This document shows, piece after piece, positions 30,331-46,394 of a stretch of DNA of 64,000 bases (position 1 is the first letter of the stretch; the number at the start of each line of letters is the position of its first letter). The position numbers and the translations under genes were made by a program. The notes beneath the pieces were generated by a model. That model saw only the letters and a list, made by a program, of their open reading frames with translations, did no database searches and had not been told where the DNA came from. The DNA is from the human T2T-CHM13v2.0 reference genome, Homo sapiens. The stretch lies in NCBI RefSeq assembly GCF_009914755.1, contig NC_060947.1; one strand, given 5' to 3'.

Positions 30331-31816
30331 GAAATAATTTACATATTAATTCTACAGATGAAAATGAAAAAGAGCTTTATTTGAAAATATAAAATTTAGT
30401 GTTAGACACAATGAGTTATTAAGTAAAGGGTTTGTTGTATCTGTGCATTTATTAAAATGATTAAAGTTGTCATCTAAGTGAAGTGATTATTCATCAGACA
30501 GTGACTAATTGGTTGGGATTTTATTTGCTGCAATGTAGACTCTCCATACGTAAAGATACATGGAAACACATTTACCTATGTGAGGATATATAGCTACACA
30601 TGAAAGCATATTTAAGTTTATCAAGACACAAGGAAATTTATCTCCATACATGAAAATACGTCTCCATAAATAGAGATACATTATAGTTATATCACTGCAC
30701 ATTGAGATATGCCTCCATAAATAAACACACAGATTTATATTCATCCATCAACATATATGCATATACATCTCCATATACGAAAATATGATTCTGTAAATAT
30801 GCATGAAGATATAGCTTCATGCAGGAAGACATAACTTGCTGGAGAGAACAACAGCTCCATCCATTAGCTCCCATCTTAAAATTATTGAAAGATCCCTGGA
30901 ACCAAAGTTAATTAAGTGGTTTCTTATTTAGAGTCTCAAAGGTAAAGCAAAACCAAATCTGTCATCTTAGTGTAGTGCCATCTCCCTCCAGGATAAAGGA
31001 TTCCTTTTTTCTTCTAAGGGCTTGGAGAAAGAGAGAGAAAGAAAAGTGCAGATTGACATGGCCTTTGATAACCAGGATTCGGAGTGATGCTGACATCCTG
31101 ACCTCCCCGTCTGGCAGGGATGTGGTTTCATAGTTTTGCCTGATAACAAAATGTTGTCTCATCCATAGGTGCAGAAAGCAGGCCAAAGCCTGAATGAGGT
31201 TGATGTAAAGCAGTCATTTTCACTTGAGGAGATCCAATGACCTGCAATTTAGTGAACTGTGATACGTTGTCTGAATTTTAAGTATTTGTGTTTCTGAGCA
31301 TCAGTTCATTCTTGAAACTAACTGGGCAAACCTGTGATCAAGCAGGATTCTCTTATAGGGTATAAAAATAGCTTGACACTCTTAGGGGATGGCGAGCAAT
31401 GCCTGCTGCAATGATTATTGTTCACCTTTAACCTAATCATGAGTAAGAAACAGTCCGTAGATGTCCACAATTACACTGCTCTCTCTCTTCTCCTGAGCAA
31501 GTCCTACATCTTCACCATCACCTCCTCCTCCTCCCCTCAGCATCCACTTTCTTCTTCTTACATCAATACGATTATCATCACAATTAGTGGCTGCCTACTA
31601 TGTAGATGTATTTGTGCAAGTGTGCTGTAACCTGGAAACGTCCTTTACAAAACCAACCTTTAATTCTTAGCCCAACTTAAGACTCTGTTTGCATGAATGG
31701 GATCCTTTGAGCTCCCCGATCACCACAGGATTGATGAGCAGTTTGGCTTCCACCAAGATTATTCCAAGAAAACAGAACAGAAAGAACCCAGAATGACATC
31801 TGGTGTAGTTTCGTGA

Positions 31817-32207
<391 letters not shown>

Positions 32208-32873
32208 ACATGGCCACACTCCTTAGCTACTCACAAAGATTTCTAAGTCAAATAAGGCTGTGAGCGAGTCACACAGACCAATACATCCAAAGAGCTGCAG
32301 GAAGAAGCAACTGTGCTTCGTGGATAGGAGGGTGAAATCCATCCATTGTATTGATCCTTATTATCTCAAACGAAAGCAACAATTCACTTCTTACTTTTCA
32401 AAGAATTGCCACCCTACTATTATAATTCATCAAATAAAATAGCACTGTTTCTATTGATGTAGCAGATACATTAACAGTCAGATAAACGTGCCTTCTTAGT
32501 GTCAAATGCATCCATTTATTTCTCTACACTGAATTGTGTAAAGAAGACTCTTTTTTGGAACAAACAGGAGGTATTGACTCTCTTAAAGGAGCTCTGTTGA
32601 TAAGCTGGCCCAGTCGAATGCAGACCAACAAGAAAGATTAAATTAAATAACTGTCCAAGTGTTCCTTGGAGAACCAAAGGGCAGAATGAAAGCTTGTGTT
32701 TGTGAAGAGCTGCGTGGAGAGAAGCAGACCACCAGGACGGCCAAATAGAAGGCGCCCTGCACGCTGCACGTGACTTCCCACCCAAGTGTTAGCTGACAGT
32801 CAGGCTAGCTCAGAATGGTGCTACCGACAGCAAGGATGCTTATGTGATCATCCATTGTTAAGTACCAGGCTTC

Positions 32874-33468
32874 TGAGACAGGATAGGTAGTCAAGGAAGT
32901 GTCCATGTTCTCGGGACACAGTGACTGTGGTGACCATACAATCAACACAATAAACTTCAGTATTCTCATTGTCATTGAGTTCATTCAAGCTAAGCCATCT
33001 TCAATAGGGACTTTCCCTTCTAGAGAGCATGTGCATTTTGACTTTACCTGTCCTCAAACTGATCCTTTGTTCATTTTAATAGTAAAAAGCATACCCCTGG
33101 GTGGAGATATAAGATGCTAATGAGACATGCAATGTATGAACAAGCACGCACAGTTACTGCGCATGTGGACCCAGAGGACTATCCAGAACATGCTTATTCG
33201 TAACACCTCTCCCAACTCCTGATGAGTAATCATGGAAGACTCCCTTACAGCGAGTCGCCCCAGTCCCAGTCTTTGCTGTCTCATCCTTCGAGCAGCCCAC
33301 CCTGAATCCTCTCTCTCTCAGGGTGTACTGTCCATTCTGCGCCTAACTTTCAACATATTATTTTTCTTTTACAATAAATTACTCTATGCTACACCTCCTT
33401 TGTTGAGTGTCTCTTGTTTAAATTCTTTCAAACTAAGAAGAACCAAGGCATCACATCGGCCATCAAAA
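32874..33468 (+). mobile_element. ERV1-class solo LTR (subfamily uncertain)
   Basis: Starts TGAGACAGGATAGGTAGTCAAGGAAG; AATAAA followed by U5-like GTGTCTCTTGTTTAAATTCTTT; putative TSD CTTC/CCTC. Confidence 0.7.
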
Positions 33469-33958
33469 CCTCCTTTCCTGAGATACAAGATTCTTGTAGG
33501 GGCTTTAGTATCCATCACCTTACCCTTCACCACATTACAAAAGGACTTTTGGTGATGCTTTTGTTTTCCTACTGGTGAATCTTATTCCATGGTTTCCAAA
33601 GCATCAATATATAATAGAACCATAGTACATAACACAAAGGTAGGCATGTTGCTTATTTGGCCATTCTTGGCAGGGATAGCCGCTGGCTTGGTAAAGCCTT
33701 TTTAGCTTTGCCCATGATGTTCCTCATACTGATATTCTTGGCCATGGGAATCTGCTGATGTGCTCCACACATGAATGAGTTTCACTGGCTCCTGACATGT
33801 GACGGTTCTACAGTGCTGGCTTGGACAGGCCTACCTGCCTTCACTAAATACAAAGAAAGCCTGGGCCCTCATGAAGAGAAGTTAATGAAGGAGAACAGGC
33901 AAGGCCTGTTTTCCCTTTTCCATTGAAAATCATCTTCAGAGAAATTTATGTGTGCCAT

Positions 33959-34325
33959 TGATGTAGTCAGTACACGCTGCTGTAACAAACTGCCATGGAC
34001 TGGGTGGCTCAAATGCTAGACATTTATTTCTCGCAGTTCTGGAGCTGGAAAGTCCAAGATCAAGGCCCCACCAGATGCAGTGCCTGGTGAAGACCCACTT
34101 TGTTTGCACATTGTGCTCTTCTTACTGCGTTCTCATGTGGCAGAGAGTAGAAAGCAGAAAGCAAACCATTTCATATTACTTTTTAAGGCACTCATCCCTT
34201 TCATGGGACTCCACCCTGATGACCTCATCACCTCCCAAAGGCCCCACCTTCTAATACCATCACCTTGGAGGTTAGGATTTCCACGTTTGGATTTGGTGGG
34301 AAACTCAGACATTTAGACCAGAGCA
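33959..34325 (-). mobile_element. MLT1A0-like MaLR LTR
   Basis: GCTGCTGTAACAAA..CATTTATTTCTCGCAGTTCTGGAG..AAGTCCAAGATCAAGG..CACCTCCCAAAGGCCCCACC. Confidence 0.85.
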
Positions 34326-34809
34326 GCCATGCAGGGCCGTCTCCACACGCTGCCTCGCGTTTCTAGACTTATTGACTTGTGGTGTCTCTGACCTATCCCT
34401 GGGCTCTTCTGATCTTCACTCAACTCAGACTGTAATGAAAGCAATCTTCTACTCAGATGACAGGAGAAAGAGCGACCCATTTCATCTGGCAGGTGAAAAC
34501 AAGCACACTCCTAGGTCGTAGAACTTTGAGACACTCAACATCAAAGTCCAGTTGCAGTGCTCAGAACTCCTGGTTCCTTCTATCAACCCATTTTCCTAAT
34601 ATTCTCGAGGTATAATTCTACATGGGTTGAGCCTGAATGTTTTAGTGGTTTCAGCCAACTGATATTTTTTCAAGTAATTTTTATCCCAATTACGTAAACC
34701 TATATTTAACGATTATGTATAATAGTTCTCTTAATGAAAATTATTTCTTTTCCTAGTTTTATTCCACTCCTTTTTAAAAAGCACATTAAAGCACAGTAGC
34801 CCTCTATGC

Positions 34810-35148
<339 letters not shown>

Positions 35149-35484
35149 TAATCAAGCAAAACAGTCTGAACATTGGGTAGATGGAACCAGAAATTTTATT
35201 TTATACATTTTATATATGAAGTGTATTTTATATAAATTTTATATATGAAAAAGAGAGTATATTGTTTTTGAGCTCACAAAATAAAGAACTAATGAGAAAA
35301 CCTATATTTAAAAATTTACCTCCGGAGTCAATTATGTTTTGATTTTCTGTCCTAGCAAATTTAATCCAATCTAGCCCCTACCACTAGCTGCCGCTTTAGC
35401 CAATACCATACATGAACTGCCTAGTTAAGCTCAGTTAACCCATAAAATCATGAAATAATAAAATTATTGTTTTAATAGAATGCC

Positions 35485-35695
35485 ACTATAGTTAATAAAA
35501 ATGTATCATATCATTAAAAAATGCTAAGAGAGTAGATCTTAAATGTTTTCACCACAAGAATTTGATAGGTATGTGAGATAACACATATGTAATTTAGCCA
35601 TCCCACAATGTACACACATTTCAAAGCAACATGTTGTACACCACAAATATATGCAATTTTTATTTGTCAGTTAGAAAAAAATAATTTTTAAAAAA
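35485..35695 (+). mobile_element. L1MA 3' end fragment
   Basis: ACTATAGTTAATAA..GCTAAGAGAGTAGATCTTAAATGTTTTCACCAC..TTTTTATTTGTCA. Confidence 0.8.
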
Positions 35696-35831
35696 GAAGG
35701 AAGAAACTTAGAAAATAATAAACACCAAGTGTTGGGCTGAGTTGCAACACCACAGTTAGCAAGCAAAACTTATCTTGGTTGTCTTCACTACCAAATTATG
35801 CATGCCTAACCTCAAGCAAGACAGTATCTAA

Positions 35832-36211
<380 letters not shown>

Positions 36212-36300
36212 GACTTCCATCTTTATCTGCATGGAAAAAGCCTGCTTGTCACTAGCATGCTGAAGCCTAACCTGACTCCCCTCTGTGACTTTACAATCTT

Positions 36301-36540
36301 GATATATATAGGTAGCTAGACAGATAGGTAGGTGGATAGGTAGATAGATATGGATGGATGGATTGATAGATAAAATGGATGGATAGATGATAGATTTATA
36401 GATAAAGATGGATGGATACATAATACATAGAGTTATAGATAGATGATAGGATAGATTAGATGGATAGATAGGATATATAGATGATAGATTAGATAGATAG
36501 ATAGAGACAGATAGATAGATGATAGAGATATAGAGAAAGA
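36301..36540. repeat. Complex (GATA/GATG)n tetranucleotide repeat
   Basis: Direct reading. Confidence 0.9.
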
Positions 36541-39500
36541 TGGATCAGTAGTAGATCTTTCTGTTGAGAATGCAGTGATCTGTTTATAGGTCCGGATGTG
36601 CTCATTTTTAACTTTTTTATCCCCACTGCTCAACAACCTTTGGTGATTAAATAAACAAACTTTGTTTTTAGAATTTTTCAGAGCCTTCATGTGGATTTAT
36701 TTTGTAACAAGAAACATGCAACCTGTATTATAGAATCACTTGCTATCAAATATATGTTACAAATAGTTTAAATGTATGCTACCCATTCATTAAATATGTT
36801 TCACATCCATTTGAGGTGCCTATGAATGGAGGTGGGAATCAGTGAGGAACTTGACACGGATGTATAACCAGCTTTAACATTTAATTTAGTTGTTAAAGTC
36901 AGTTAAGTTTTTAACATCCATTTTCGTTATTTTTGGGGATAACACATTTAAAATTAAATTAAGTCATTAATGATTTAAGTTACTAAATTAAGTAATTAAT
37001 GATTCATCATTGAGGAGGTGCTGGTTCATTTCTGTGATCTGAATAAATCTTACAGTGACATACAGAATCACTTCCCATCAAATGTGTGTTATTACCTACA
37101 GGGTAACTTTAAAACATTCTCCCTATGGTGTTTCGATCCCTGATAAAATCAGTCTGTGTATGTGTGTGTGCCCCTCTGTCTCTGTGTGTCTCTCTCTCCA
37201 TCTTTCCTTTTCATCTCTCATTCCCTTTCTCTGTTTCTCTCCTTCTCTCTCCATCTTACTACTTCTCCCCCTCCACACCCTCTTTCATCTTGACAATCAG
37301 AGAGATACGATAGGTAACTGTTTTTACCATATTACTAAGGGGCCAGTATTTTAGGTCTAAATTGTGATTCCTTTGAAACTTGCTATTTTTTGTTTATTTA
37401 TTTACACTTCCTATATATTTTTGACCATTGAAACTCACTTGTTTCTCCAAAGATGTTTGGATTTTCTGGAATATGAGAAACCATACATTTTCTTAACTTA
37501 CATGCTCTGAAGACAGAGTACTGACTACTAATTTGTTATCCTCGACTTGCACCCTGGCTAGCTGCAATGTATTGCATAAGAGATAAAGTTATTCTTAAGA
37601 AATTCATAAGAAAAATTTATAAGAACTAACAAAGTTACTCTACTACATAACATTGAGATATTTCAGTAACAAATCTTGAGAAATTACAAAGAGAGGTACT
37701 AAATATCATCTGCTTGCCTTTGGCCTCTTTGTAAAAACAAAATTCCTTCATTTTCCATATAAGCAGGATCATTGTTAAAAACAAACAAATAATTAAGTGG
37801 AAAATTATCAGCCTTTTAAATAAATCTGTTTGTATAGATGTGTACTAACTCTGCAGAAGGTAATTCTATCAGTAAAATATCAGTAAAATCTCTAAGTCCT
37901 CAGTTTTGTATTTATTGGATCCCTAAAGATAAAGGGGAGAACTTTTGTTCTCAAGGAAGACTCACAACGTAAATCAAGCAAAAACACAAATTCTTAGACT
38001 CACAGAACTTTAGAACATATGAACACTTGAAGAAAAGTTAAAAATTTTCTAAACTAAATCAATGCCCTTGTTTGGAAATTTTCTGTTATATCCCTGTTAT
38101 ATATGTATCCAACTTTGAACAGTTCCAGGAATGAGGACCTTCAAATTCCTGGAAAGTTATAACTTTAAGTGGCTAAAGAATAGAATTACTTTTCAACATA
38201 TAACTGGTAGTGGAAAACCAGCATCTTGTCTCACAGTTTTCAGAGACAAATATGTCAGAAAATAAATTACACAAACTTTATATAAATTAGCACAAATTAT
38301 GTTTTCATAATCATTTATTTGAAATTCATAATGGCTACAATAAGATAGTCAGTATTAATCCAACACTAATAGTGAAATTTTCATGATATTTGAAAAAGTT
38401 CAAGAAACCACTCATACTCCAGCAGTGTAATGATTGATAACTTGGACAATAAATCCTTTGTAGACTAGTCAGTTGAAAACTGCACTCAGAATACTGTCTC
38501 TAAAGATGAAAATAAGAAAAACTAAAGTTATATCAAAGATAAAGTCATGAGGCCATCAGTTACAAAGAGAATGGGACATAAATTCTTGCATAAAACTATG
38601 TAATAGAAGGCTATTAGGGATGGCCATAAGGGACGATTTGGAAGTCTTGAATGCATATACTTTAAGCATGTTCTTGTCTGAAAACTTGAGAATAAATTAA
38701 ATCTTTACAGTTATTTTAATAATATGTTATGCCTATGTCACCACCATAATACACTTATTTTAGCTCAGAGACTGACACATACTATACACTCAGAGAATAT
38801 TTATTGAAACATTGAATGAAATGGATATTTACATGGTGGCAACCTCAAGGTAGATAAAATGAAGATAATATAATAAATATTGAACTGAAACGAAAGGGTT
38901 GAGTGTCATGGTTTGATATTTTAAAAGTGGTCTTTGTTAGAAGACCTACATGCAATATAATCAGTGTCCCTAAGAAGGCAAATTGAGGTAAGAGTTTGCA
39001 ATTGAAGGTATCTGCTGTCAGACAGCTTGAGGCTACTAATATAGAAGACCTATTTAGTTTTCAAATATAATTGAGGATATTAAAAATCATACCATGCTCT
39101 TCAAACTGTTAATGTGAAACTTATGTAAGTTACCCTGTTATAAATGTATTTCTCAGCCTCTTAGTTATTTCCTCTTATTTTAGTCTTCAGACAAGATGAA
39201 ATTCAATCATTTAAAAATAAATTTACATCTAGGCCACTACACAAACTCAGAATTCTGAAATTACTTTTCAGAATGCTGAAAACACTTATTCTTGGCTTCT
39301 GTTGAAAATGTGTCAAGGTAATTCCTTCATGTAGGGCAAGATATTAGAATTATTTTTTACTATTATTTAGAACCTCTCAATATTACACTGAGAGGTATGG
39401 GCACCAACTTAGCCTGCACAGTTTGTAAACCATCAAGGTAAGAAGGGAAAATTTAACTCTCATCCAATACCAAAAAGAGTTGATTAATTCAGCAGGATAC

Positions 39501-40573
39501 ATGTGGATTGTGGCCACTAAAATGGTACCCTTAGAAGCTGTGATGTTAACATCAGGCACGCCCTTTGGCCACACAGAATCATATTAGATGTCTTAAGTAT
39601 CTATATAAGCTGTGGTTGTAACGGATGAACATTAAAAAAAGTATTCAGAAGAGAATTATGCTGCTTATAGATAAGTTAAATCTATCACTTGGTGTTTCTG
39701 CTTGGCATGAATATCATGAACTTGACTTGCATATTTATTTAATGTGCAACTTGAACACAGGTGCATAGGCTATGGACTGTTCCCTTTTTAGTGTTTGCAT
39801 ATATAACAACTGACTACAAAAAAGGGATTTAACACAGCAAAGGGGGTTTGGAAAAATTCATCCTGGATGATACATCTCCATCCGTAATGTCATACCACAC
39901 TTTTCTGGTCACTGTGTGTGCATGTGCATACATCTATATATTGCATTTATTAAATTTGCAAGAATAGTTTAAGTGTCTGAGAAAGTATGTTTAGTAATCA
40001 AAAGTTGAAGGAAACAACATATTAAGTGAGGCTTAAAACATTTAATGCATGCTAAATAATTACACTTGTTAATGTAGACATAATTGAAAATCTCCTTTAA
40101 AGGTAATTATACAATTTCCTAGATTTCTATTTAAAATAATATTTGTGATACAAATTAAAAGCATAAGGGTGCTTAAGGCAAACCGGTATTTTGAATTTAT
40201 AACCATAATAAATTGAATATTAATATTTAAAATCAAAGTAACTTCTGTATAATCTATGTACAAAATTCACCCCCCGGGGCACCAAAAACTCATTATCATC
40301 TATTCTTTTCAGTGCCTGATTTTAAGTTGCAAAGGGCCAGGGAACCTACCTACTGGTAAAAGTTTCTATTGACGTAGATTAAGATGATTTTGTAATAGCT
40401 GTGGAAGTTCATTGTGGACATGCAATTGACATGTCCATTAGGAAATTTTCATATTTATAGGAATTTATAGTGCTTAAAGATATTTGTCTTCTGGAATATA
40501 AAGAGTTTTGTGATTGTCATTTTAAATGGGGAGCTAAGTAATTTTACATGCTTATAATTTCAGCTGAATTATT

Positions 40574-40931
40574 ACTGTAGTTATAATGGAACTATAAGAC
40601 AATTTGAACAGAATCAACAGTATCAAATACTGCTAAGTAAGTAAGTGAAGATTGAGAAGTGACCAAAAAAATTAATGATGTGGAAGTTGTCAGTGACCTG
40701 GAAAAAGACAGTTTTGATGGAGTATTTGGTGGAAAGCCTGAAAAAAAATAGTTTTAAAAAAGAGTGGGAAGAAAAGAATGGAAATAGTGAGTCCACACAA
40801 CTTTTTAATTTTCTGAAAAATTTTATTACTTTCCAATAATTTACTGTATAAACTGTAGTTATAATGGAACTATAAGACAATTTGAACAGAATCAACAGTA
40901 TCAAATACTGCTAAGTAAGTAAGTGAAGATT
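40574..40931 (+). repeat. Exact 80-bp direct repeat pair (40574-40653 and 40852-40931)
   Basis: ACTGTAGTTATAATGG...GTAAGTGAAGATT identical in both copies; 198-bp spacer. Confidence 0.95.
40612..40805 (-). mobile_element. L2 fragment
   Basis: TCAACAGTATCAAATACTGC..GTGGAAGTTGTCAGTGACCTGG..CAGTTTTGATGGAG resembles antisense L2. Confidence 0.6.
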
Positions 40932-41277
40932 TGGTTAAATTTTAAAGTAGAATCTAGCAATTATTTTCTGAAAAAGAGTAGAAATAAGGAATGGTGCTTG
41001 GTAGGGATGTGTGAATAATGGTTAACCATGAGCTTTAAGTAGAAAAAAAAAAAGAACTGGATAAATACCTGAAATGACTTTCCTATAAGACCTAACTAAT
41101 GCCTTTATGATATCTTCAAGGTAAATATTTGACCTTTATAGAAAGGTCTCTTATCAATTAATTCATAAAAATTATAAAATGACTATTAACAATTTTTAGG
41201 AATTACAAATGCTATTTTTATACCTCTGTTGGCTTGTTTTATTTGTTTTTCCTTTCCTTGGAAACCAAGCAGGATTT

Positions 41278-41656
41278 TCTTTTCTTTTTTTCTTTTTTTT
41301 TTTTTTTAATTTCCATAGGTTTTTGGAGAACAGGTGGTATTTGGTTACATGAATAAGTTCTTTAGTGGTGATCTGTGAGATTTTGGTGCAGCCATCATCC
41401 GAGCAGTATACACTGAACCCAATTAGTAGTCCTTTATCCCTCACCCCCTTCCCACCATTTCCCCCTGAATCCCCAAAGTCCATTGTATCATTCTTTTGCG
41501 TTTGCATCTTCAAAACTTAGCTCCCACTTATGAGAACATACGATGTTTGGTTTTCCATTTCTGAGTTACTTCGCTTAGAATAATACTATCCAATCCCATC
41601 CAGGTTGCTGTGAATGCCATTAATCCATTCCTTTTTATGGCTGAGTAGTATTTGAT

Positions 41657-41747
<91 letters not shown>

Positions 41748-41855
41748 CACAATTTATTTATCCATTCATTGATTGATGGGCTCTGGGCTGGTTCCACGTT
41801 TTTGCAATTGCAAATTGTGCTACTAAAAACATTCTTGTGCAAGCATCTTTTTTCA
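41278..41855 (-). mobile_element. L1PB-type 3' end containing a (CA)n/(TA)n expansion at about 41658-41749
   Basis: GGTTTTTGGAGAACAGGTGGTATTTGGTTACATGAATAAGTTCTTTAGTGGTGAT; ORF 41528..41731 contains YYSAIKRN..AFTATW. Confidence 0.9.
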
Positions 41856-41859
41856 ATGC

Positions 41860-42052
41860 TACTTTCTTTACTTCCTCTCTTCTTTCCTTCTGCCCCTTCC
41901 TCCCTCCTCTCCTTCATTCATCTCTCCCTTCCCCTGCTCGCCTTTCCTTCCTTCCTTCCTTTCCCTTCCTTCCTTCCTTCCTTCCTTCCTTCCTTCCTTC
42001 CTTCCTTCCTTCTCTTCCTCTTCCTCTTCCTCTCTCTCTCTCTCTCTGTCTT
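41860..42052. repeat. Polypyrimidine (TTCC)n/(TC)n tract
   Basis: Direct reading. Confidence 0.9.
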
Positions 42053-42345
42053 CATAATAACTTAGGTCAAGCACCCTGACTCAAGATAAACCTCCTCAGC
42101 AAGAGGTCACTTGAAACATGAAGAAAGGGTTTATATGTTTCAATCAGACAGCAGGCATCTCCTGACCAAATACGTTCTGAGGACTAACTTATGTAGGGCA
42201 AAACTTATGTGGGTAAAGGAAAAACTTGAGCACCTAGAGTCCTGGATGGGATGTTATAATAAGAGTGTATCCTATGGAAGGGAGGGGAGAGATGGGGAAG
42301 TGAAGGGCAATAGAAGGAGGCATTGAAAGAGAGCTGAAAAGATGA

Positions 42346-42657
<312 letters not shown>

Positions 42658-43799
42658 GAGAGCATTCTTAATTTATTTGGCCACATATTGAGGAGAGGTT
42701 AGCAGTGCTTCATGGGAGTTATCTGCACATCACCTTTTCCACACATACCAGGCCACCTGCAAGCCCCATCTCTTTTTTGTGGAGGTGAGAGTTCATAGGG
42801 TCCATAAGAGTTCCCCTTGGAAGCAAGCTATGCCATTAATCCATCACTAATGGGCTGAAAATTTAGTCCTAATAATCACCTGTTTAAAATGCTGCATATA
42901 TCACAAAATTGATAGCTTGGCTACTTCATTTTACTATATAGATCTATAGAGAGATACTTAATTTATCCATAGCTGAAATTTTCCAATTTTGATGTTTTTT
43001 TGATGATGTCAGTTATCATTCTGAAACTATCCTCGTATTATCACCCATAGTGCCATGCCAATGAATTTGCTTCTTATTTTCTATTTTCTTCCTAGCACTT
43101 ACAAATTCATGGACTATTATGAAGACAAGTTAAGAGATTGTGTCCTCCAAACTCATCATTTTTCAGGTAAGGAAACTTACGTTCAGAGATATTACCCTGA
43201 CAGCTCCAAGAATGTAAAGGTTGTTTATAGCAGAAGATAGCTCACATTTTCTCTAGGCCATGTCAAATGGAAAAATCGTATATGAATGACGTTATATTTT
43301 TTCCATTATATGATTGCAGACTGAATGGATCTCTGTTGTTTTTAAATCACATCTAAATTAAAGTCTTTGAAGATTTTCGTTAAGTTCAAACTGCACACAA
43401 TTAACGGTAGTAAGTTCAATGTCAAAGTTACAGAATATTTAAATTTAAAAACATTGTTCTTACAACCTAAGATAACTTTTTAATGTTTTTTAAATATTAA
43501 CTTGGAATTATGTTTTATCTACTAGAAATTATATTCTTTATGAAATATTTTTGCCTGCATCTTTATTTAACACTATGTTGGCATCATTTTCCATAATGAC
43601 AAATAGGCTTCAGAATGTTAAATTATAATTAATCCTTGTATTTTGATCAACCTTCCAGAACCTTTTCTATGCATCTCTTTTGTATGCACTTCGTAATTTT
43701 TACTGTCACAAATATATTCATACACATATCTTCTGGTTAGTTGAAATGATTTCTTTTTGAGAAAGGCTTAGAAAGGAGATTTCTGTGATTAATGTTTGA

Positions 43800-44045
43800 A
43801 AACCATGGCTAGAACAGCATGGTTTAGGGCAGAGGAGCCCATCAATAAGGAAAGGCCCTCCTTTCAGCTTCATCTCGTCTCTCCACCAACGTGTGACCTC
43901 AACTAATTATTTAGCTTTTTCAACTTCAGTGTTCTTCTTATTAAAGTGGGTGCAGACACAACTCTCTAATAGGAATGTTATTAGGACAGTTTATAAATAA
44001 AATATTTGGTTTAGTGTCAATATATGGTAAGTGCCCAATTGATTA
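43800..44045 (+). mobile_element. MIR
   Basis: GTGTGACCTC..TTATTTAGC..CTTCAGTGTTCTTCTTATTAAAGTGGG..ATATGGTAAGTGCCCAAT MIR core. Confidence 0.6.
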
Positions 44046-44754
44046 TGTTCAATGTTTTCTTTATGGTTCTTAAAATATTTCTTTCCAAAACTGTTATGGC
44101 ATTTTCCTCTCCCACTATCCCCCTGAAATATATCTCTTTTTAAAATATTTGGACCATTTATTGGATCTAAAATGATACTTTCAGTTTGCTTTGATTTTTG
44201 ATTTCTCTAATTTTGTTTGAATTCTTTTTAAAGTAAATTGACCAGCTGTGATGTTATTTTTTAAAAATGTAATGCATAAGAAGATTGACCATTCTATTAA
44301 TTAATCAAAACACCAGAATAATATTTTTATTCTTATTTATGAAACTTAAATGGTCCATTATAATCTCTAGCTGATATTTCTGTAATATGAAGTATACGCA
44401 TATAATATTGGATCCTAGACATTTGGAATTCAGAAAAACAAAAGAAAAACAAAAACCGGAATTGAAAAACCCAGAGAATCTGAAGACATCATAGAACTTT
44501 CTCCCCTTGCATTTGGAAAAAGTTATAGATACTATCAAATAATGGGTCAATAGTGTACTGTATCCATGTGGGGATATTTAGATCACCTATGTATAATGGC
44601 AATTTCAAAAGTCATGGCTCAATTTTGTGAACTAGACAATTCTGGTAATTATAAGAGCAGTAGATGAAGCTGATGTCTCACATGCTGAGCATATGCTACT
44701 TAAACACATAGCCATCATTCCTGGTGCTTTCTACAAAAATATTTCATTTCATTA

Positions 44755-45068
<314 letters not shown>

Positions 45069-46394
45069 GTTACCCCTGATAGTTAAATAAAGATAAGGAG
45101 AGGAATCAGCAAATCATCCATGCCTTGCCATAATTAAGGTTTGTGAACATTTAGATGTCTTTCTCTTCTATTTTAAAATATGCATAGGTTTTACCAAATG
45201 GGCTCCTGTTCTACATTGTGTGATCATAGATATTTGTACTTCTTGGATCAGCAAAAGATGGGCATTTACAGGAACCACCATTGAGGCAAATAATGTCTGA
45301 TGTGGAGAGAATACAATGCCAAGTATTGTAATTGGTTTATTTTTTGTTATTTTTTATATATTTTCTTATAAGAATATAAGGCAAAATGTGTCTCTATATT
45401 TAGTTGGAGATGTGTATACAGCAGTAAGACACATACATAGTTGCTGATTCTACTCTTCAGATATCTGAGTGTCATTTGTAATCCTTCCCTTGGTCTACTG
45501 AGAGTGTTTTGTACTTTAATATATTTAACGCAATGTCGCCGTTTCACAGATTTATTTTATTTTAAAAAGATACACAGACTTCAGTATATTGTAGTAAACA
45601 AAAGTAGAAAAATTAAGGCAGCAATTGGAGAAATAATTACATATTCTTTCCCTGGGATGTAAGCATGCAAAATACATGAAGATATATGCTTTTCATTCGA
45701 AATAAGGAAAATAAAAGACTCTGCCTCATGATGCTCATGAAAACAATCATTTTTTACTTTTTGGCAATGGCTTTGGAGTGGAAGCACATTACTGTCATCT
45801 CCTGAAAGAATTAAATATAAAGTGGAAACCCAGTGAAGAGGAAGAAAATGCCATATAAATTTCAAATGAAGATTTGGAACCAGATTATGATGAACAATGT
45901 TGCTAAACCTTGTGATCTCTACCTTCTTTAGTCCCTCCTTGGGAATAGCATAACAGTGGACCCAGCCATCTAGGATTATTTGAAGTAACTTTGGGTGGTA
46001 CAGTTCAGAAGAATCAACCCTAGAGAGCCTTAAATAACAATACCGAAATGGGACATATTGCCATTAAATCTGTCCCTAACTTAAAAATGTTTAACTAGAT
46101 GCTACAAAAAAAAAAAGTAATACTTTGCTAATACTTTCCAGAAAGAAGGATGGAGGGGAGAAAATAAATACACGTAAAAAAGACTCCTTTGATCTTTTCC
46201 AGTAATGTGGAATGCTCACTTTAATGGAACTATGATTCAAACTGCACCTATAAGAACCAGGATCAAGATCTACATGTTCAAATGTTTGGAAATTTTCTGA
46301 AAACATCTAATTAGGTCTTGAAAATTTTCAAACATATGATTAGCTCTTGTTCCCAATTCTTATAGGTGCAGTTTAGTTATAGTACCGTTAAGTC

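Noticed and set aside
41652-42079. Low-complexity ORFs (HTHT, FLPS, EGRK repeats)
   Set aside because: Translations of microsatellites
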